Positions 17,935 to 26,507 of a DNA stretch of 36,915 nucleotides are shown here, in pieces. Where the stretch lies: IMG/VR virus record IMGVR_UViG_3300048575_000082, positions 1 through 36,915 of that record, one strand, 5' to 3'. The notes below the pieces were generated by a model. It had not been told where the DNA came from and searched no databases. It saw nothing but the letters and a program-made list of their open reading frames with translations. Source of the DNA: a virus. Positions within the stretch are counted from its first letter, which is position 1; every line of letters begins with the position of its first letter. Both the position numbers and the translations under genes were made by a program.

Positions 17935-20900
17935 CAGGTCACCCTCTTCCGGCGCTCATACTCGTAGATGTAGTTCGTGACGGCTGTCTTGAGCCCACGT
18001 TGGAAGTCGTTGTCGTTCACTCCGTTGACGTTGACGTCTACGGCCAGGGAGGACTTACCACCGCCTCCGGTTGGGGCAGCGGCTCCAGGACCCAGCTTAT
18101 TGAGGGGAAGGATCGCCTCGTGTGGGCCTACGGATAGAAGGCCCTCCCCGGGGGCAGCCGTGAGGGGCTTCGTCATAGCTACGCCCCCGGCGATGCCCGT
18201 GACAATTCCGCCCCCGGCGTGTGCCGCCAGCCCCTTACCCTCTTCGGTCTTGCTTGCCCAATCCAAGGCGACGGTGCGCATGGAAGTCGCGCTCAAATCC
18301 GTAGCGCCTTGTTCGGCAGCATACTTGAGCCAAGATTTCACCTTAGCTTCATCGCCCGAATAGAGCCAGTACTCGAAGAGGGCCTTTGACATGGCGTCGT
18401 AGGTTGAGTCCTCGATTTGCTTGCCCAGGTTGGTCTTGAGGAAGGGCTTGTCGATCTTGATACCTTGCTGCCGAAGGGCATCAAGCATAGCCTCATTGGT
18501 CGAGAGCATATTGGCGGAGGTTGCCGCCAAGGTTGTCGTAGATTCAGCCGTCGTTTGGATAGGCTTGGCCACGTCTGCGGAGGGGCCGGTAGGCGCCGTC
18601 GTAGGGGCCGGGGCTGCCGCAGGTGCCGTGGGAGCGGGCGTCGTGACGCCAGGAACCGCGCCCGGAGCGGCTGCGGCTGGCGTGGGTTGGCCTGGGACCG
18701 GAGGCGCCCCCGGGGCACCAGGTGCTCCAGGTGCCGTAGGCTCAGCCCCAGAGGCGGTTCGGCCGTAGATGCCTGCGGCGCCTGCCACCTGCTGAGGAGC
18801 CATAGCCCACACGGCCTTGCTCATAATCTGCCCCATCTCTTCGGGCGTGAAGCCTGCGCGTTCCATGGCGTCCGACAAATTCATACCCTCCTTGAGGTAT
18901 TTCTCCGTGAGCACCATGTTACCGCCTGCGCTGGGGCTTGTTTGACGCAGATTCGTCATATTGATGGCGTCCCAGAGCTTATCCATCCCCTCGTTCGGCC
19001 CCATAGCCTTCCATTGAGCGTCTACCGCTTTGAAGGCGTCGGTGGTTCGTGCCTCGGTCGTGGCAATCTCTTGCTTGAGCCGTCCGCGCTCCTCTTGCAG
19101 CGCCTTGATCTCGGCATTAGCCTCTTCATCGGTTTTACCGCTGGAGCGTAGCTTACCGTAGAGACCTGACGTGTCCGACAAGCTCTTCTCGACCTCTTCA
19201 AGGCGGGACCGCTTACCCGTCACTTCACCCGCGCCCGCAAGCCCTCCCATGAGGCGTTTGCCGATGGCGCTCTCAATGATGTTGCCCTTTGCCTTCCAAA
19301 CGTCCCCGCCCGCTGCCGTAACAGCGTCGATGACGTCCTTGTTCTTGGAACGCATGGCGGCGACCTGCATCTTCTTCTCAGCGCCACCCAGCCCGGGGAT
19401 ATCGAGGATCGTATCCCAGATGCCGATGATGACGTTGTAGAATTGGTTCATCAGGAAGTCGATGATGACGTCCAGCTTATCCAAGAGGCTGCTCGTGAGG
19501 CTGCTCTGTTGCTTGGCATAGTCAAGCTGACTCCAAGCCGCCTGCTTAGCCTCTTCTCGTGTGATGCCCGCATACTTCAGGACCTCGTCGTCATTCTCGA
19601 GCTGCTCCTTGGTGAAGCTACCCGTCGCCCGCATCTCTTCGCGAGCCTCGTCCATAGCTTCCTCAAGCTTGATCATGTTGTTGAGCTGCTCGCGCCCAAT
19701 CCCAAGATTCTCGGCCATCATCTCGGGGCCTAGCTCGCCCGCCATATCCGAAAGCTTCGCGCCCGGCTTAGCAAACCGTCCAAGGGCGGCCTTCATCATG
19801 TCAATCTGCCCGGTGACGCCGAGATTCCCCGTGGCTTGGGATAGCCCGAAGACTCCCTTCTTGGACATCTTGCGATCAATCTTCAGCTCGATCGCGGCCT
19901 CTTTGAGAGTACCTCCACCCTCAAGCCCCTTGACGAGCTTGTTGAATTCTGTCTTCTGACCTTTCCCGTAGGCATCGACGGCCTTTTGAGCGGCATCCAG
20001 AGGTATCTTGGCCTGACTTGCGAGCTTCTCCGCAAGCGCCGTCTCACGCCTCTTAGCGTCCTTCTCGAACACCTGACGTGTCTTCCCTTCGCCCGCAAGG
20101 AGGGTCATACGGAGGCGATCGAGGCGGCCCATGTTCTTGAAGCCCTGCATCAGGGTGCCCATGAACTTCTGGGCATTTTGGGGGCTCATGACCTTCCCGA
20201 GCTTGTTGAGAAGCCCTACCGCGTCCTCCATGCGCATGTTGTAGAGAGAGAGGTCCGAGCTAACCCCGCGCATGATGGCAAAGAACTTGTTCATGGCCAT
20301 CCCGGAGCCACCTGCGGCGACGGCCATGTTGGAGAATTCCTTCTGCACGTCAGAGAAGGAGGAGCCAAGCTCGACCATCATGTGCGTTTGGAATGACGTG
20401 ATCTCGTTGAGCGCTACGCCAAAGTTGCGGGCATAGGCTACGGCCACGGCTGTCTGTTGGCCGTAGTACTCAACAGCGTCCCCCGTGGCTTGACCGGCGC
20501 GCTTGGCCCGTTCGAATTCGTCGGCCATACGCGCGATGGAGACGCCCTCTTGTGTCAGGACGTTGCGGAAGGCTAAGTGATCCTTCGAGGTTGTGCCCCA
20601 AGAGAAATTCTGTTTCAGGTTGAACGCGCTGTCACGGAGATCCGTCACCGTCTGGGACAGATCCAGATAAGCCATGTTGGCGTTCTGAGCGTTTTTCGTC
20701 AGGAACTCGCCGGTTGAGGCCGAGGCGAGCAGCTCTTTTTGGAACTCCTTAGCCTTGGCCTCAGCATCGACTATGAGCTTGACGACCGAAACAAGTGCCC
20801 CCGCTGTCATGCTCAAAATGGGACCTAGCTGAGCCAAGGTTTGCATCATTGGACCGGCCTTGGCCATCATGCCTCCGATGCCCTTCATGGCACCGCCAAG

Positions 20901-21590
20901 CATCTCCAAGCCCTTGCCTTTGATACCAGGGCCTGCGGCAGCGCCCTTCGTAGCCAAGCCAGCCCCGAGCTGACTGAGCGACGACCCCTTGCTCTTCATG
21001 GCCCGGCCAAGGCTGAGAGCCGACCGTGAAACGGCGGCGGCGGCGAGCTTACCACCCTCTTCGAAGGCCCCGCTGATGTCCTTGGACATCAGCCGTGTGA
21101 GGGGTGCGGCTACCTTCGAAAGGCTCTCCTTCATAGCGTCGGCCGCAGCGGACATCTTGATGACCACGGTTTCCTTGCCGAGATCCTCAATGATGCCCTT
21201 GGCCTTCTTCGTATCCGCGACGCGTTCCTTCAGTTGCGCCAAATACTTCCTGTGCTGGTCAACCTGCTTCTGTGAGAGGGTCTTGGTGCCAGCCTCCCAA
21301 GCGGCGAGACTCCGTGTGATAGCCGCGATGCTCTTTTCTGCCAGGGCTGAATCCTTGTCACATTGAGCCATCGCGGCCGAGGTAGCCTCGACCTCTTCCT
21401 GTACCTCGCGCCAAGCAAACCGCGCCTCATTGAAGTAGCCCTTCTGAGCCTTGTCGAGGGCCTTCATGTTTCGACGCACGTCTTGAATGCTGCGCACGAA
21501 CTCCCGGTCGAATTGACGGACGCTCGTTATGCCCTTCTTGGGGTCAACCTGAATATCGAACTTGAGGATATCCTCATTGATCAGCGGCAC
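17934..21590 (-). CDS. Tail tape measure protein (1218 aa)
   Basis: Ala/Lys/Gly/Met-rich helical composition, position after the chaperones, and the typical TMP C-terminal motif HAGGGIV...APGEG...EAILPL followed by VDVNVNG; GTG start with GAGG upstream. Confidence 0.85.
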   Translation of the reverse strand: MPLINEDILKFDIQVDPKKGITSVRQFDREFVRSIQDVRRNMKALDKAQKGYFNEARFAWREVQEEVEATSAAMAQCDKDSALAEKSIAAITRSLAAWEAGTKTLSQKQVDQHRKYLAQLKERVADTKKAKGIIEDLGKETVVIKMSAAADAMKESLSKVAAPLTRLMSKDISGAFEEGGKLAAAAVSRSALSLGRAMKSKGSSLSQLGAGLATKGAAAGPGIKGKGLEMLGGAMKGIGGMMAKAGPMMQTLAQLGPILSMTAGALVSVVKLIVDAEAKAKEFQKELLASASTGEFLTKNAQNANMAYLDLSQTVTDLRDSAFNLKQNFSWGTTSKDHLAFRNVLTQEGVSIARMADEFERAKRAGQATGDAVEYYGQQTAVAVAYARNFGVALNEITSFQTHMMVELGSSFSDVQKEFSNMAVAAGGSGMAMNKFFAIMRGVSSDLSLYNMRMEDAVGLLNKLGKVMSPQNAQKFMGTLMQGFKNMGRLDRLRMTLLAGEGKTRQVFEKDAKRRETALAEKLASQAKIPLDAAQKAVDAYGKGQKTEFNKLVKGLEGGGTLKEAAIELKIDRKMSKKGVFGLSQATGNLGVTGQIDMMKAALGRFAKPGAKLSDMAGELGPEMMAENLGIGREQLNNMIKLEEAMDEAREEMRATGSFTKEQLENDDEVLKYAGITREEAKQAAWSQLDYAKQQSSLTSSLLDKLDVIIDFLMNQFYNVIIGIWDTILDIPGLGGAEKKMQVAAMRSKNKDVIDAVTAAGGDVWKAKGNIIESAIGKRLMGGLAGAGEVTGKRSRLEEVEKSLSDTSGLYGKLRSSGKTDEEANAEIKALQEERGRLKQEIATTEARTTDAFKAVDAQWKAMGPNEGMDKLWDAINMTNLRQTSPSAGGNMVLTEKYLKEGMNLSDAMERAGFTPEEMGQIMSKAVWAMAPQQVAGAAGIYGRTASGAEPTAPGAPGAPGAPPVPGQPTPAAAAPGAVPGVTTPAPTAPAAAPAPTTAPTGPSADVAKPIQTTAESTTTLAATSANMLSTNEAMLDALRQQGIKIDKPFLKTNLGKQIEDSTYDAMSKALFEYWLYSGDEAKVKSWLKYAAEQGATDLSATSMRTVALDWASKTEEGKGLAAHAGGGIVTGIAGGVAMTKPLTAAPGEGLLSVGPHEAILPLNKLGPGAAAPTGGGGKSSLAVDVNVNGVNDNDFQRGLKTAVTNYIYEYERRKRVT

Positions 21591-21592
21591 GG

Positions 21593-22822
21593 TTACCTCT
21601 TGAAGGGCTTCACAGACTCACGGTTCGGGGCCTCCACCACAGGGGGCGGTTGGCCTTGGCCTGCCAGACCCCATTTATTAAGGAATTCGGATGACTTGGG
21701 GTCCATCATCTCGGGCAGCACCTGACGCGCTGCTGCACGTTGCCGGGCCTCAATGCGCTTCGCAACGTCCTCGATGGAAAGGCCACCAAGCTCGGTCGCA
21801 CCGATCAAACCACGTCCGCCGTAACGGGCCTCATTCTCCTCCGCAAGCGCCTGAAGCCGGGCTTGCTGCTCCAGGTATTCACGTTGCTGACGATCCTCGA
21901 TGGCGGCAACCACCTCGTCATGCCAGTCCTTTTCACCCTTGAGGCTCTTGCTGAGCTGATCCGCAAGCTGATCTACCGTTTGGGCGGCTATGACAACCTG
22001 ACCATCCTTGTGGAGCACATTGTCATCCATGGGGGCGCCTAGAACGACGTGCCGGAGGATCTGGTCCTTCCTCGTCCTCTTGGCGCTCAAGTCGTCACGT
22101 CGGCGACGGATGTCTTGGTTGTAGACCTTGGAGATTCCCTTACCCGCGAAGCACGCCCCGATGAACTTGGCATTCTCCCACTCACGCTCAATGCTCTCAC
22201 GGGCGTCCTCATAGAGGTTCAACGCCCGCCATGTGAGCTGCGCCCAATTGAGCCCGAGGTATTCCGTTCCACGTATGCCCGTCGCCGAAGGGGACATGAT
22301 GTCCATACCGCGAAGCTGCGCCCACCGGAACCGGGAGTTGGCCTCCATCGCGTAGGCTTCTGTGAGCATGACGGCTACTGTGGCTCGGCGGTTGATCTCG
22401 CTCAATTGCCAGACCATCTTCTTCCGCACGGTTGCGTTGAAGCGGTCGAACCGATCCGCTAGCTCTGGAATCCACCTGTCACGGTCGCTGAGGATGTTGT
22501 TACCATCCACCATGAGCACGCCGTAAGCCAGGAAGATGCTGTAGAAGCGTTGGTTGACGTTTGCGGGGGTGCGGTTTGGCCCCATTGACATCTGCAAGAG
22601 GTCGAACTCGTGTTGGTTCAAGCTCTTGAGGACGAGTGGGACGCCATTGATGTCCACCGAGATGTGTATGAAGCCCCGGTAAAGGAGCGACGTCACGTCA
22701 CGATAGACCCTGGGGTCGACTTCCGGCTCTTTTGGTATCTCGATCTTGAGGTTGTCCTCATCGTCGGTCTCACCGCGTAGCCGGGCTTGTTCCTCTTGGT
22801 AGGCGCGTTCTGCGGCGTCCAT
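21593..22822 (-). CDS. Tail assembly chaperone-like protein 2 (409 aa)
   Basis: Immediately before the tape measure; VDINGVPLVLKSLNQHEFD and FLAYGVLMVDGNNI parallel the upstream gene's FTVMGCDVVIRNLTPDEYR and HICRAIVEINGVDL. Confidence 0.6.
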   Translation of the reverse strand: MDAAERAYQEEQARLRGETDDEDNLKIEIPKEPEVDPRVYRDVTSLLYRGFIHISVDINGVPLVLKSLNQHEFDLLQMSMGPNRTPANVNQRFYSIFLAYGVLMVDGNNILSDRDRWIPELADRFDRFNATVRKKMVWQLSEINRRATVAVMLTEAYAMEANSRFRWAQLRGMDIMSPSATGIRGTEYLGLNWAQLTWRALNLYEDARESIEREWENAKFIGACFAGKGISKVYNQDIRRRRDDLSAKRTRKDQILRHVVLGAPMDDNVLHKDGQVVIAAQTVDQLADQLSKSLKGEKDWHDEVVAAIEDRQQREYLEQQARLQALAEENEARYGGRGLIGATELGGLSIEDVAKRIEARQRAAARQVLPEMMDPKSSEFLNKWGLAGQGQPPPVVEAPNRESVKPFKR

Positions 22823-22828
22823 ACGGCA

Positions 22829-23899
22829 TCACGGCCTCGGAGGTGGGCGGAATCTTGGGTTGATTCCAGCAATGGGGGGTGAGTCGATGACGACTTGTTG
22901 TGGGGTTCGATCCATGGGCCGTGATAGCTCTGGGACTTCATTTGGGCGCCCTGGAAGCACGGCGTCTACTCCACCGTTGAGGCAAGCCGCCTCCGCCTCT
23001 AGTTCAGCGTAGGCACGTGACTTGGCCGTTACCACGGGGATTGCCCCAGGGATAGGCTGTGGGGGCTGCTGTGGCGTCGGAATGGGCTGCTGTGCGGCTG
23101 CCTGGTTCAAGGGCTGTCGCCTACGCATGATCTCCCTCGGGTCTTGACGTAGGGCCTCACTCCCAGGTACGTTCGGGCTTGCTGGGCGCACCGCCTCGGC
23201 CAGGTTGTCACGCCCTTCCGGTGTTCGAAGGGCCTCACGGACGTCGGGGTCAAGCGTGGGCTCTTCGGGCTCCTTCTTGAAGCCGGAGGTTCCACCGAGG
23301 GCGTTTTGGGCCGCTTCCAATTCAGCCGGGGTGATCCCGTGACCGTAGCCATTCTCCTCGAGAATCTTGACCACGAGGTCCTCGGGGAGGTTATCCTCAA
23401 GGGCCTTAAGCTCACCCACGAGGCGTCGGAAGATGTCCTCGGGAGTCTCATCCGGAAGGACGAACTTGACGCCGTCCACCGATTGCTTCTCCGCAACGTC
23501 AATGACGTCCGAGAATTTGCGGTAGACCGTTGTCAGCGCCTCCTTGCCCCAGGAGCCGAGGACCTTGTTGCGGAGCCAGGTGTGTCGCTCGAGGTTGACG
23601 GTTTTCTTTCCCCCGGGGTTCTTGGGGTCGGGGACCGTTGATTCGATGTAGTCCACGTCACGTAGGTCGACACCGTTGATCTCTACGATCGCGCGGCAGA
23701 TGTGTCCCATTTGGAAGGCGTAGGCGAAGTCCACGTCCTTCAGCTCACGGGTCTCCTCTGCCACGTCCCGGTATTCGTCAGGGGTGAGATTGCGGATAAC
23801 CACATCACAGCCCATGACAGTGAACCGCTCCTCGACAAGGCCAACTTTGCAAGCCTTGTCGAGGGCGTCTTGGATACGATTTTCGCTTAGAGTTGCCAT
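22829..23899 (-). CDS. Tail assembly chaperone-like protein 1 (356 aa)
   Basis: Directly after the tube gene; chaperone-type motif VVIRNLTPDE...AIVEING...WGKEALTTVYRKF; acidic, Pro-rich disordered C-terminus; start reassigned to ATG 23899 (MATLSENR). Confidence 0.65.
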   Translation of the reverse strand: MATLSENRIQDALDKACKVGLVEERFTVMGCDVVIRNLTPDEYRDVAEETRELKDVDFAYAFQMGHICRAIVEINGVDLRDVDYIESTVPDPKNPGGKKTVNLERHTWLRNKVLGSWGKEALTTVYRKFSDVIDVAEKQSVDGVKFVLPDETPEDIFRRLVGELKALEDNLPEDLVVKILEENGYGHGITPAELEAAQNALGGTSGFKKEPEEPTLDPDVREALRTPEGRDNLAEAVRPASPNVPGSEALRQDPREIMRRRQPLNQAAAQQPIPTPQQPPQPIPGAIPVVTAKSRAYAELEAEAACLNGGVDAVLPGRPNEVPELSRPMDRTPQQVVIDSPPIAGINPRFRPPPRP

Positions 23900-23924
23900 C
23901 CCGTTTGGTCCGATCTGATCTAGG

Positions 23925-23985
23925 GATGACGATGGGCTAGACTTCCACACAGCCTCCGCGTCCGATACACATTCCCATCGTCATC
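23925..23985 (-). promoter_or_regulatory. Intergenic stem-loop between tube and chaperone genes (12-bp perfect inverted repeat, 37-nt loop)
   Basis: GATGACGATGGG (23925-23936) and CCCATCGTCATC (23974-23985) in the 98-nt spacer; no U-tract follows. Confidence 0.6.
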
Positions 23986-23997
23986 TAATCTTCATTC

Positions 23998-24717
23998 TCA
24001 GGTTACTTGACCCACAGGAGGCTGCGCGCCGCCTGCGAAGCGGAGCGAGAAGCCCTTGCCTGCGGAGCCATTGGCACCGATAGGCGCCAAGCCCGTGTCG
24101 ATGAACTCCCCGTACTGGCTCACGCCGTCGATGACGTCGGTAACCTTGACGGAGGAGTTTTCGGCGACGATTGCCGCGTCCGAGGTGTAGGAGGCTGAGT
24201 ATGATTCGAACCAGCAACCCTCGAAGAAGGTGAAGAGCGCCCGGATCGGAACGATGAAGTTGCCGCTCGGGTTCGCGTTGGAGGCGTTCTTGACGACCGC
24301 GCCGTCGAGGTCGTATTTGGAGGCGATCTCAGAGAAGACCAGCTCCTGCTTGATGTCAAACGGCCACCTGTGGTGTTTGAGGGATCGGACCAACCCCTCA
24401 ACGCCGCCCTTGTAGCCCACCGTCTGGAAGAGGTTGAGGGCGTACATGAGGGTCTTGTTGAGCGTCAAGGTCATGGGCTCCGTGACGCCAGGGACCAGCT
24501 CGGCGACCTGATCACCGAAGCCAACCCCACGCACGGGCTCTACCGACCGTGACTCGTCGTGCCCGAATTCGCTGACGGCCCCAATCTGCTGGAAGCCAGG
24601 CGAAGACGAATTGACCATGTACCCGTAGATTTTGTTCTTCTGGGTCACAGCCGCACGGGTGTTCGGCGCCGTACCCATACGGTAGATGTAGTTTGTGGTG
24701 TCAGAAGGCTTGCTCAT
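23998..24717 (-). CDS. Tail tube protein (239 aa)
   Basis: Contractile tube motifs IGAVSEF...ESRSVEPVRGVG...ELVPG...LTLNK, PFDI, FEGCWFESYSASY...IVAENSSVKV; expected position upstream of chaperones and tape measure. Confidence 0.85.
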   Translation of the reverse strand: MSKPSDTTNYIYRMGTAPNTRAAVTQKNKIYGYMVNSSSPGFQQIGAVSEFGHDESRSVEPVRGVGFGDQVAELVPGVTEPMTLTLNKTLMYALNLFQTVGYKGGVEGLVRSLKHHRWPFDIKQELVFSEIASKYDLDGAVVKNASNANPSGNFIVPIRALFTFFEGCWFESYSASYTSDAAIVAENSSVKVTDVIDGVSQYGEFIDTGLAPIGANGSAGKGFSLRFAGGAQPPVGQVT

Positions 24718-24727
24718 CGGCTACCCC

Positions 24728-25513
24728 TTACTTGGCCTCTGCGAAAAGGCCATGAATGTGATCCGTACGGTCGGCCAACGTCTTGAGGTCGGCCGTGACG
24801 TAGGGCATCGCCAGGTCTGTGTTGGTCAGAACGTTGTGAACACCTGTGGCGATGACATGGAGGTCCATGCGTGCCGCCGAGGCATTGAACCGGCGCCCCT
24901 CGGAAGCCAATCGATCCACGGTTGTCCGAGTCACGTCGAGCTTGTTGAGGATGTCCTCTGCCAAACGCGCATTGGACTCGAGCGTGTCAACCGAAGCGAA
25001 CGCATGATTGGTGCTCTGGCCTGTTGGGGGCTTTCCAAGGCTCTTAACGAGCTTGTGGAGGTTCGCGATGTCATCGGACATCATCGTGTAGGACAAGGAG
25101 CCCTTCTCGGCTTCCTTCGCCTTCTGCTCGATGATCGAGATCATGTTCTCGATCTCGTCGATTTGCTGGGAGATTGCTTGATCCAGTGATCTTTCGGACG
25201 TGTCAGCCATGGTAGTGCCTCGTGGTATCGCGGGAAGTCGATTCAGACGGGGGATAAAAGGAAACGCCTCTGCGCTCCACCGTGTACGTCGGGGCATGAA
25301 GAGATCCGCTACAAGGTCAAGGTCGGCTACAAATGACGCAGACCCACCCTCCAGGAACTCGTTCAAGACGTCACGCGCCTTACGTGTGTCGCGCACCAAC
25401 GTGGTGACAAGCCGAACCACGGGCATGCTTCCGAGGTTGTACCGGCTGCCATCAGGGGTAATGACGTGGTTGGTTACGCCGTCCGTCGCTACGGTGACTA
25501 GCTTGAGGGCCAT
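24728..25513 (-). CDS. Hypothetical protein (261 aa) with helical C-terminal half; possible internal start at 25210
   Basis: ORF ends 10 nt before the tube start; coiled-coil-like ISQQIDEIENMISIIEQKAKE; GAGG 7 nt upstream of the internal ATG (MADTSERS). Confidence 0.7.
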   Translation of the reverse strand: MALKLVTVATDGVTNHVITPDGSRYNLGSMPVVRLVTTLVRDTRKARDVLNEFLEGGSASFVADLDLVADLFMPRRTRWSAEAFPFIPRLNRLPAIPRGTTMADTSERSLDQAISQQIDEIENMISIIEQKAKEAEKGSLSYTMMSDDIANLHKLVKSLGKPPTGQSTNHAFASVDTLESNARLAEDILNKLDVTRTTVDRLASEGRRFNASAARMDLHVIATGVHNVLTNTDLAMPYVTADLKTLADRTDHIHGLFAEAK

Positions 25514-25574
25514 CGCCTGATGACGGCATAGAAAAGAAACGTTGATCCGTGGCAGGCTTCAGCATACCAGGGAC

Positions 25575-25763
25575 ATGAGCAACGCACTATTCGAGAAGGT
25601 AAGCGTGGAAGAGCTACAACCCTGTGGATTTGAGGACTTCATGGCAGCCTTGGTCCCCCAGGTAGCCTGCAACGCCCCCGGTGGAAGCGATGCCCCTCCT
25701 CCGCTGTCCTACAGAGACACGATCCCCTGCCCCCCGCCTGACTTCGACGACATCCCCTTCTAG
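25575..25763 (+). CDS. 62-aa acidic, Pro-rich peptide ending in an SSB C-terminal tip motif (DFDDIPF)
   Basis: ATG 25575 preceded by AGGGA; fills an otherwise empty ~250-nt gap; its TAG overlaps the TAG of the convergent gene in a CTAG (25760-25763); C-terminus matches the bacterial SSB tip (E. coli DFDDDIPF). Confidence 0.65.
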   Translation: MSNALFEKVSVEELQPCGFEDFMAALVPQVACNAPGGSDAPPPLSYRDTIPCPPPDFDDIPF

Positions 25764-26452
25764 ACCCGCGTCGCCAACATAAGCATGTGCTGGATCGTGA
25801 TGAGCGTCCCCGAACAAGTGAGAGCGTCCCCCTTCAGCTCCCACTTCACATCCTCCCCCATAGCATCCTCCATGGAATTGAGCGTTTGTGCCGCGAGGTT
25901 CAAGTCAAACGCAACCACAGGGCTCTTCCGAGCCAGCATCACCGGCCGCCTATCCCCCCGGACCGGCCCGATGAGTATGCCACGAAGAAACCCTTGCCTG
26001 AATAGCTCAATCCACCCTAGCTGGAAAGCCCCGGCTGTCTCTGCCAGGACGAACCCATCGGATCCCGTGAGGTGTATTGCTGGCGGCGACGGTGAGGCTC
26101 CCATTTGTGGAAGCGTCCCTTGTCGAAGGTAGTCTCGAAACCACTCGATGGCTGACGTGATACTCTCGCCCTGAAGGTTGGGCTGGGACAAGTAGCGCTG
26201 GGTGTGGTGAATCAACCGAGCAAGGTCACGATCGATGTGCGCAGGCCCCCAAAAGGGGGCCTCTTCAACGAGACGGACGGCAGATACAACCCCAAGCGTG
26301 GCAGGATTGATAGCCAGGTCCCTGTGAAGGAATAGCGCAAGCGCCATCACCGTGGAGACGTTCGCTACAGACAGGACGCAAAGCGTGAGGGGGAGGGGGG
26401 TGCCGGAGATCAGCGAGAGGTAGAACTTGAGGAGGTCACCGTCAAAGAGCAT
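25760..26452 (-). CDS. Hypothetical protein, possibly a degenerate DHH/DHHA1-like fold (start uncertain)
   Basis: Best start is ATG 26452 with GGAGG upstream, but the frame stays open into the upstream gene; strand-helix pattern LTLCVLSVANVSTVMALALF and C-terminal LARKS...DL...LN..E...W resemble DHH-superfamily relatives without the acidic/His ligands. The fold call is weak. Confidence 0.5.
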   Translation of the reverse strand: MLFDGDLLKFYLSLISGTPLPLTLCVLSVANVSTVMALALFLHRDLAINPATLGVVSAVRLVEEAPFWGPAHIDRDLARLIHHTQRYLSQPNLQGESITSAIEWFRDYLRQGTLPQMGASPSPPAIHLTGSDGFVLAETAGAFQLGWIELFRQGFLRGILIGPVRGDRRPVMLARKSPVVAFDLNLAAQTLNSMEDAMGEDVKWELKGDALTCSGTLITIQHMLMLATRV

Positions 26453-26507
26453 TGACCCCTCCGGAGCAGCCGTCAAGGAGGGGTTCACCACCACGTTGAA
26501 GTGTAGC

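Noticed and set aside
23606-23612. In-frame G GGA AAG, identical to the lambda G-T slippery heptamer, in chaperone gene 1
   Set aside because: The -1 frame reaches TGA after about 36 codons and does not connect to the next gene; it most simply encodes GGK.
23990-24000. Tube TGA followed by a stem-loop, suggesting read-through or selenocysteine insertion
   Set aside because: A second in-frame TGA follows two codons later, so read-through would add almost nothing.
25542-25570. TTGATC...TACCAG as a sigma70 promoter for the SSB-tip peptide
   Set aside because: The -10 element lacks the conserved final T; too weak to call.
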